Shown here piece by piece: positions 57,571-64,000 of a DNA stretch of 64,000 nt. Made by a program: the position numbers and the translations under genes. How positions within the stretch are numbered: the stretch's first letter is position 1; every line of letters starts with the position of its first letter. Origin of the DNA: Clostridiales bacterium (GTDB lineage Bacteria > Bacillota > Clostridia > Christensenellales > UBA3700); the NCBI GenBank assembly GCA_014799645.1, contig JAAVHQ010000004.1, positions 5,925-69,924 on the forward strand, in the 5' to 3' direction. The notes under the pieces were generated by a model. It had not been told where the DNA came from and ran no database searches. It worked only from the letters and a program-made list of their open reading frames with translations.

Positions 57571-58537
57571 TACTTTAAACTGGAAAGAATTTAAAATTGA
57601 CTCTCTATTTAATATTGAACGTGGCAAAATATCAAATTTAAATGAGTTAGAAATTGGGAAATGCCCAGTAGTTTCAGCTTATGGAGAAAATCAAGGGATC
57701 TCATTTTTTGGTAATATAACCCCACAATACTCAAATTGTATAACCGCATCTTTTAATGGTTCTAAAACAGGTTATTTTTCGTATCATGAGTATGCATTTA
57801 ACGCAAATGCAGACTGTGGTATTTTGTTGCCTAAATTTCCAATAAATAAATGTATTGGATTGTTTATGTGTGTGGTTTTGAATAGAATGTCCATAAAATA
57901 TCAATATGGAAGAAAACTTACTATAGATAGACTAAGAGATGAAGCAGTTTTATTACCTTGTAAAAATGAAGAACCTAATTTTGAATATATGGAAGATTAT
58001 ATAAAAACATTAAAATACAAAGAAATAAAAACTAATAATGTTGAAAATAAAAACCTAAATTTAAATGTTGATAGTTGGCAGGAATTCGAAATAGGAAAAT
58101 TATTTCAATTAAAGAAATGTAAATGTGGAAATGCAGGTGCGCTTGAAGATGGAAATGGCGTACCATATATAGGAGCAAAAAAATCAGAAAATGGAGTTAT
58201 GAAAACCGTGAATATAGACAACTCTCTCTTAACCAAAGGTAACTGTATTGTTTTTATATGTGATGGGCAAGGCTCAGTTGGCTATTCGAATTATATGGAA
58301 AAAGATTTTATAGGGAGTACAACTCTTACAGTAGGTTATAATAAAAATCTAAATAAATACAATGCTTTATTTATAGTTTCTGTTTTGGATAAAGAAAGAT
58401 ACAAATACTCTTACGGAAGAAAATATGGGCCGCATTTGGCTAATTCTATTATTAAATTACCAACGAAAGATAATAATCCTGATTGGAATTTTATGGAAGA
58501 TTATATAAAATCATTACAATTTGCTGATAGAATCTGA
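57548..58537 (+). CDS. Specificity (S) subunit with two target-recognition domains.
   Basis: Two halves starting WKEFKIDSLFNIERGK and WQEFEIGKLFQLKK, each ending (M)EDYIK(T/S)L. 329 aa. Confidence 0.85.
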   Translation: MVMFMKINTLNWKEFKIDSLFNIERGKISNLNELEIGKCPVVSAYGENQGISFFGNITPQYSNCITASFNGSKTGYFSYHEYAFNANADCGILLPKFPINKCIGLFMCVVLNRMSIKYQYGRKLTIDRLRDEAVLLPCKNEEPNFEYMEDYIKTLKYKEIKTNNVENKNLNLNVDSWQEFEIGKLFQLKKCKCGNAGALEDGNGVPYIGAKKSENGVMKTVNIDNSLLTKGNCIVFICDGQGSVGYSNYMEKDFIGSTTLTVGYNKNLNKYNALFIVSVLDKERYKYSYGRKYGPHLANSIIKLPTKDNNPDWNFMEDYIKSLQFADRI

Positions 58538-58613
58538 AACCATCAGGACTCTATCATCCTAGAGTTATAAAAAATGAACTTAGAAATCTCTAGGTTCATT
58601 TTAGGTTCTAAAT

Positions 58614-58700
58614 TGGTGCCGAAGGCGGGACTTGAACCCGCACGATGTCGCCATCACCGGATTTTGAGTCCGGCGCGTCTGCCAATTCCACCACTTCGGC
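58614..58700 (-). tRNA. tRNA-Leu(CAA), class II with a long variable arm and encoded CCA.
   Basis: Minus strand GCCGAAG...CCGGA-CTCAAAA-TCCGG...GCGGGTTCAAGTCCCGC-CTTCGGC-ACCA. Acceptor, anticodon and T arms all pair. Confidence 0.9.
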
Positions 58701-58848
58701 AAGGGTAAATTGTTATGTGCTTTATTATATTAGCATACTATTTGGCTATTTGCAATCAAATTTTTCAAAAAATAATGAAAAAAATCTAGATTTATAGAAG
58801 GTTATGTTGTACAATAGAAATATAAACGGAATAGGGGAAGGATGAGTT

Positions 58849-59382
58849 ATGAATATTTGGCACGATATCAGCAAGGACAGAATAAATTCCGAGGACTTTA
58901 TAAGTTGTATTGAAATTCCCAAAGGCTGCAAGAACAAATACGAAGTTGACAAGCAGACGGGTATGCTTATATTGGATAGAATTTTGTACACGGCTACGCA
59001 CTATCCTGCAAATTACGGTTTTATTCCTCGCACGTACGCAGACGACGGCGACCCGTTGGACGTGCTTGTAATATGTTCGGAAGAGATTGCGCCTCTTGCG
59101 CTCGTGAGATGCTATCCTATTGGTCAAATCTCAATGATAGACGATGGAAGAGAGGATATTAAGATTCTTGCCGTACCGTTCAAAGACCCCAACTGGAACG
59201 TATATCAGGACGTAAGAGAATTGCCCCAGCACATCATAGAAGAAATGAGACACTTTTTCGGTGTATACAAGCAGTTGGAAGGCAAGAAGATGGAAGTGCT
59301 TGAACTCTCGGGAAGAGAAGTTGCGGTCGAGTCGATACAAAAAGCCATTCAACTCTACAACGAAGTATTTTTGAAAGACTGA
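58849..59382 (+). CDS. ppa: Inorganic pyrophosphatase (family I).
   Basis: IEIPKGCKNKYEVD, YPANYGFIPRT, DGDPLDVLV. Confidence 0.9.
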   Translation: MNIWHDISKDRINSEDFISCIEIPKGCKNKYEVDKQTGMLILDRILYTATHYPANYGFIPRTYADDGDPLDVLVICSEEIAPLALVRCYPIGQISMIDDGREDIKILAVPFKDPNWNVYQDVRELPQHIIEEMRHFFGVYKQLEGKKMEVLELSGREVAVESIQKAIQLYNEVFLKD

Positions 59383-59398
59383 TAAAATCTAATCACAA

Positions 59399-61549
59399 AT
59401 GAAAAGACTTTTTAATTTCAGAATAATGCCACTTTGTTTACTCGGCATTGTTTTGGCGATTTGCGTCGTAACTTTCTGCGACGTTCCGCTTGCGATAGTT
59501 TTTGCCGTCGCCGCGCTCGTATTGGGAGCAGCGGCTATTTTTGTCAAACGGTTTTGCAAGGCAAGAGCAAAGTTGACAGTCTTATGCTTTGTATTTTTGT
59601 TGGCGATGGGCATTACTTCTCTTGCGCACGTGAGGGTAGAAAATGCAAAGATTTATGCAAGCGATTGCATTGTCGAGGGTAGCGTATCTATGATGACGGA
59701 CAGTGACGAGGACGGCAACTTTGTCAATACCAATTCAAGCGTGGCGTACGTTTATATCGAGGACGTAAAGGTAAACGGAAGCAAGATTAAAGGCGAAGCG
59801 CAAGTATGTTTTTCTTCAAAGCAATTGGCGGACGGCTTGCGTATCGGCGATAGAATAAAATTCAAAGGCAATATCTCGCCGAAGAATTTGTGCGTGACGG
59901 ATTCTTACAGTATCTATGCATACAAAAACAATATTTATCATTACGTGACATGCTCTGAAAATCCCAACGACGAAGAAAAGGTATTTCAAGTAATCGAAAA
60001 CAAAGTCAAGTTTGGCGACAAGGTGAGATTGAAAATTAAAAGCGCGATATATTCCAACGTCAAGAGCGAAACGGCAGGCTTTCTCTACGCAATGACCTTG
60101 GGCGATAAGTCGGGACTTGACAAAGAGATAAAGACTGATTTCCAAAGGACGGGAGTGGCGCATATTTTTGCAGTATCGGGTCTGCACGTCGGAATTATCG
60201 CAGGCGCATTGCTATGGCTTTTGAAAAAGTTGAAAGTCAAGAAATATTACGTTAAATTCATAGTAGTCGCTGCGGTGCTAATTCCATTCTGCGCGTTGTG
60301 CGGATTTTCGGCGTCTACCGTAAGAGCGACGGTAATGACTTTGGTAGCGTTGGGCGCAAGGACTTTGGCGTATAGAAGCGATAGCCTATCCAATTTGTCT
60401 TTGGCAGGTTGCGCGATTTTGCTAGTCAATCCGTTGTATCTTTTCGACGTGGGTTTCTTGATGAGTTTTGTTGCGGTATACGGCTTGATTACTATATCCG
60501 CGCCGATACAAAAGCTTTTCCCAAAGAAGATGCCGAGAAAACTTGCTTTTCTTCTTTCAGCGACTATCTCCGTCAATGTCGCATTGTTGCCGATTATGAT
60601 AATGACGTTCGGCGGTCAAACCCTGTTGTCGATCGTCGCGAACTTGATTGTTATACCGATTGTGAGTATAATATTTCCTATCTATCTCATCGTGTTGGTT
60701 GTCGTGTGTATACTTCCGTTCTCGGGAATATTGCTATCTATTGTCGGCGCGCCGTTTACGGTGATGATTGCGCTTGTCGGTAAGTTGAGCGAGTTGGAAA
60801 CACCGGTGATATATTTCCGTTCAGGCGCAATATTTATAGTACTTTCTATCGTCGTAATGCTTTTGCTGTCCAAATACTTTTTCGCCGACAAGAAAATCAA
60901 GAAAGTCACGGCGGTTGCGCTTGCGATCTGTCTATGTCTTGGAGTAGTGACGAATATCACCAAGTGGGGCAATGAGAACGCGATAGTGTATTGCTATGAA
61001 GACAAATACGACGCGCAGTACGCTTTCGTCGAAAACGCAGACGGAGGAAGATATATGATTGTCAACGGTAGACTTACAGACGACACCGTGTCTTCAGCGT
61101 TGAACTTTATCAATAGAAAAGGATTTGCAAAAGTGGACGGAATTGCGGTAGTCGGCGAAGACGTCAACGGCAACGTTTTGCAAAAACTAGCGCAAAACTT
61201 GAATTGCTCTGATATTTACGCTTTCAACGTCGACGAGTTTATAGACGTGTCGTTGTATGCAAAGTCATTCGTGATAGAAGACGGGCTGACGCTCACTTAT
61301 TTTAATAGCGGAACTCTCGAAATTATAGCGGGCAAGAGTGTGATTAGAGTAATTGCCGAGGACTACAATTCGCTCGACGATAATTATGATATACTCATTT
61401 CCTATGACGCGCAAACTTCGCTAAAAGAGGGGCAATATGCAGTGTGCAAGACAGGAAATGAAAATTCTTTGAAAAATAATCTGCCCTCGACGTTTACTTT
61501 TAGGCTAAACAATGGTAAAATACTAATAAATCCTAGTTGGAGATACTGA
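59399..61549 (+). CDS. comEC: ComEC/Rec2 DNA internalization channel protein.
   Basis: Polytopic protein with the competence-domain block FQRTGVAHIFAVSGLHVG. Conserved comEC-holA synteny. Confidence 0.85.
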   Translation: MKRLFNFRIMPLCLLGIVLAICVVTFCDVPLAIVFAVAALVLGAAAIFVKRFCKARAKLTVLCFVFLLAMGITSLAHVRVENAKIYASDCIVEGSVSMMTDSDEDGNFVNTNSSVAYVYIEDVKVNGSKIKGEAQVCFSSKQLADGLRIGDRIKFKGNISPKNLCVTDSYSIYAYKNNIYHYVTCSENPNDEEKVFQVIENKVKFGDKVRLKIKSAIYSNVKSETAGFLYAMTLGDKSGLDKEIKTDFQRTGVAHIFAVSGLHVGIIAGALLWLLKKLKVKKYYVKFIVVAAVLIPFCALCGFSASTVRATVMTLVALGARTLAYRSDSLSNLSLAGCAILLVNPLYLFDVGFLMSFVAVYGLITISAPIQKLFPKKMPRKLAFLLSATISVNVALLPIMIMTFGGQTLLSIVANLIVIPIVSIIFPIYLIVLVVVCILPFSGILLSIVGAPFTVMIALVGKLSELETPVIYFRSGAIFIVLSIVVMLLLSKYFFADKKIKKVTAVALAICLCLGVVTNITKWGNENAIVYCYEDKYDAQYAFVENADGGRYMIVNGRLTDDTVSSALNFINRKGFAKVDGIAVVGEDVNGNVLQKLAQNLNCSDIYAFNVDEFIDVSLYAKSFVIEDGLTLTYFNSGTLEIIAGKSVIRVIAEDYNSLDDNYDILISYDAQTSLKEGQYAVCKTGNENSLKNNLPSTFTFRLNNGKILINPSWRY

Positions 61550-62550
61550 TGCAAGCATTACAGTTGAAGCAGACTTTCAAGACGAATATTTCGGATATCT
61601 ACGCAATCTTCGGCGACGACGAAGGCTTGATATTGTACGCTCTTGAAAAGTTCTACGATTTGATACCGCAGGATATGCGAGATTTTTGTGTGCAGAAGTT
61701 CGAGGGCAACGAGATAACGAGCGAGGACGTAATATCCGCATTGTCTTACAGTTCAATGTTCGGCGACAGAAGGCTTGTTATCGTAAAGGATTTCAACAGG
61801 AAACTTTCGGTTGCGGAGACGGAAAGTTGGCTTGATTACGTAGGCAATATCGTGGACGGCAATATCCTCGTGCTTGTCAACTGTCCTACGGTAAAGAATG
61901 CGATAAGTCAGTTTGTCGTCGAGGTAGATTGCAATAAGATGAGCCTTATCGACTACGTGAATTATATCGAGACTCTTTTCAAATTCTACAAGATAAATTA
62001 TGACAAATCTTCACTTTCGGAGATAGTGCATAGATGCAACAAAGATTTTGGCAAGATAAACAACGAAGTCAACAAAATAATGCTTTACGCAAAAGACGGT
62101 AGCGAGGTCAACAAAGCGTTGATAGAGGACTTAGTTCCCACCGATACGGAAACGCAGGTATTCGAGTTTATTTTCGCAATACAGGACGGCGATTACGACA
62201 AGGCGATGAGCATAATCGACGTGCTTCTCGAAAGGGGCGACAAGCCGTCAATGATACTCGCCACGATAACGTTGACGTACAAGCGTACGTTTGCGATAAT
62301 GACCAATGAAGGCGACGACGATTTTCTTTGCGAGAGTTTGGGTATGCGCAAGCCCGCGTTGTTTATGGCAAGGAAGAAAATAGATATGGCAAAGCGTCGC
62401 GCGCCCGGCTTTTTGTCGAGACTGAAAAACACCGTCTATTATCTTTATTCTTTGGAATACGACTTCAAGAGCGGAAAGATTTCTCAGGAAAACGCGCTTG
62501 ATTTGGCAATAACATATTTGATAGGAAAGACCAATGCAAAACGAACCTAG
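61537..62550 (+). CDS. holA: DNA polymerase III delta subunit.
   Basis: IYAIFGDDEGLILYAL N-terminus. About 335 aa. Position after comEC. Confidence 0.75.
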   Translation: MEILMQALQLKQTFKTNISDIYAIFGDDEGLILYALEKFYDLIPQDMRDFCVQKFEGNEITSEDVISALSYSSMFGDRRLVIVKDFNRKLSVAETESWLDYVGNIVDGNILVLVNCPTVKNAISQFVVEVDCNKMSLIDYVNYIETLFKFYKINYDKSSLSEIVHRCNKDFGKINNEVNKIMLYAKDGSEVNKALIEDLVPTDTETQVFEFIFAIQDGDYDKAMSIIDVLLERGDKPSMILATITLTYKRTFAIMTNEGDDDFLCESLGMRKPALFMARKKIDMAKRRAPGFLSRLKNTVYYLYSLEYDFKSGKISQENALDLAITYLIGKTNAKRT

Positions 62551-63166
62551 ACAAATCATTTACACACGTCCGCCGGCAACGCCGAAATTGAAAAACGATT
62601 GGCTTACGATAGTTGTCAAACTATTGCTTTTCGGCAGTATATTTTTTTGCAACTATTTCAGCGGTATAGGCAACTATAATTCACTTTTCGCATACGTTAT
62701 CGACGCGACGTACGGCTATACTTTCACGCAAGCGACAGGTATGAGCATAATGCAACTTATGTCGATGTTTGAGAGCGGAGCAATGGCGGCGGCTATCAAG
62801 GTAGTGTCGCCTCTCGTTACTTCTCTTATCGTATTTTTGTTCTATATTTTATACGCAAAGTTTTTTGCGTACTTGGTATTCAATCAAAGCAGAGTACTTG
62901 AAATGTCTTTCGATATACGCAAATTCAGAATATGCCTTGACTGCTCAATCGTGTTGCTTGCTCTTCTAATGGGCGTGAGCAGATATATATTCTATTGCTA
63001 TCCGCTTGCAAGCAATATGGGCGAAGTGATAGTAGACCCTTTGATTGCGATAATTGCGCTTGCTACGTTCTTCTTCGCTTATACGAGAGGAATGGAAAAG
63101 AAGTATTATCCCATACTTCTCAACGTAATGCTTGTTCCTGCCATTATTTTGGTAATAGTCGTGTGA
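62534..63166 (+). CDS. Integral membrane protein, function unknown.
   Basis: 210 aa with several hydrophobic segments. Confidence 0.5.
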   Translation: MQNEPRQIIYTRPPATPKLKNDWLTIVVKLLLFGSIFFCNYFSGIGNYNSLFAYVIDATYGYTFTQATGMSIMQLMSMFESGAMAAAIKVVSPLVTSLIVFLFYILYAKFFAYLVFNQSRVLEMSFDIRKFRICLDCSIVLLALLMGVSRYIFYCYPLASNMGEVIVDPLIAIIALATFFFAYTRGMEKKYYPILLNVMLVPAIILVIVV

Positions 63167-63173
63167 GGTGGGT

Positions 63174-64000
63174 ATGGAAAGAGTAGTTTCGCGCAGAAAA
63201 GTTTTGATAGCGATTATCGCATTGTTGGGCGTACTCGTATTGAGTATGCTGACGGGCTGTTCCCAAGTTGACCCTGAATACGATTTGGTAAAGAATCGCG
63301 GAGAGTACGGAGATTTGGTCTTTGAGAATATGCAGTATTTGGCGGACAATCATTCCGATAGGTCTATGGGCACGGAAGGGGAATTGAATGCGGCGCAATA
63401 TCTCGCATCCAAATTATCGTCATTTGGATATACGAGCGAGTATTCTTCCGACGAGGGAGTAGTCTTGCAAAGATTTAGAATAAACAACACAAGATACGAC
63501 GGCACGACAATGTCGGATATAAACGTATACAACGTAATCTTCACAAAGAAAGCAGTGTGCGAGTCCAAGGGCGTAATATTGCTTTCGACGCAGTATGACA
63601 ATCTCTATCAAGAGAAGACGGGTGACGAGATATGGAGAGCCGACGGCAGTTACGAGAGCGGAAGCGGTACGGCTACGTTGCTTGCGCTTGCCGAGTTAAT
63701 GAGCAATATAGACTGTTCTTACGACGTAACTTTTGCTTTCTTCACAGGCGGTAGTTACGGCTGGCAAGGGGCGAGCCAATACGTCGACAACTTAAAGAGC
63801 GCCGACCTTGAAAACATTAGACTCAATATCGATTTTTCAATGTTGGGCGGGGGCGACAATCTATATTTGTATTCGGGCGAGTACGCGACGGATTTCGGCG
63901 GATATATGCGTAGCGCAAGCGACGGACTTACGCTCAACCCAAAGGACAAAAACGTCGCTCCTTTTATCATGGAAAATTATCCTATGTACGCATTTTCCAA
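63174..64000 (+). CDS. Lipoprotein, M28-like peptidase candidate. 3'-truncated by the window end, so not in the track.
   Basis: ATG at 63174, behind GAGGTGGG. Lipobox LSMLTGC. GTEGELNAAQYL and SGSGTATLLALAEL blocks. The frame stays open to nt 64000. Confidence 0.5.
   Translation, partial: MERVVSRRKVLIAIIALLGVLVLSMLTGCSQVDPEYDLVKNRGEYGDLVFENMQYLADNHSDRSMGTEGELNAAQYLASKLSSFGYTSEYSSDEGVVLQRFRINNTRYDGTTMSDINVYNVIFTKKAVCESKGVILLSTQYDNLYQEKTGDEIWRADGSYESGSGTATLLALAELMSNIDCSYDVTFAFFTGGSYGWQGASQYVDNLKSADLENIRLNIDFSMLGGGDNLYLYSGEYATDFGGYMRSASDGLTLNPKDKNVAPFIMENYPMYAFS

Overview
All family calls below come from reading motifs and gene order by eye. No database search, HMM scan or structure prediction was run.

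The window holds the right ~39 kb of a temperate siphovirus-type prophage (HK97-fold head), followed by ~25 kb of chromosome from a Firmicutes/Clostridia-like host.

Prophage, left to right:
- End of the replication module: CHC2-TOPRIM-RecA-like primase/helicase, an iteron-like repeat field, and a VRR-NUC nuclease.
- A sigma-region-4-like regulator and a late-promoter-like repeat set.
- An HNH endonuclease, an opposite-strand 2-gene moron, and a cos-like region.
- TerS (P27 type).
- A ~9 kb accessory island interleaved with TerL. It contains a giant multi-TRD C5-methyltransferase, phage MetK, an amidoligase + gamma-glutamylcyclotransferase pair, an acidic protein and a ParB-methyltransferase. 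Several of these genes sit behind copies of one conserved promoter/leader element.
- Portal, protease, capsid, connectors, tail tube and chaperones.
- An AbiH-like moron, then the tape measure, tail tip and fiber proteins, and a holin. No endolysin is seen.
- Two tandem large serine recombinases.
- AT-rich cargo cassettes, each ending in the same ~100-nt composite repeat.

The cargo cassettes carry an HNH pair, an Mrr-type restriction enzyme, and a tightly coupled operon of an SF1 helicase, a DarT-like ADP-ribosyltransferase and an ARH-type ADP-ribosylglycohydrolase. I consider that operon the best candidate for an undescribed defence system.

Host part: thioesterase, gpx-TSCPD-MarR/OhrR, surface proteins, feoAB, a DUF11 protein with a Cys-rich tail, plsC, ybaK, a C-protein-controlled BcgI-like (type IIB-like) RM island next to tRNA-Leu(CAA), ppa, comEC, holA, and a partial M28-like peptidase.

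No rRNA and no CRISPR array were found.
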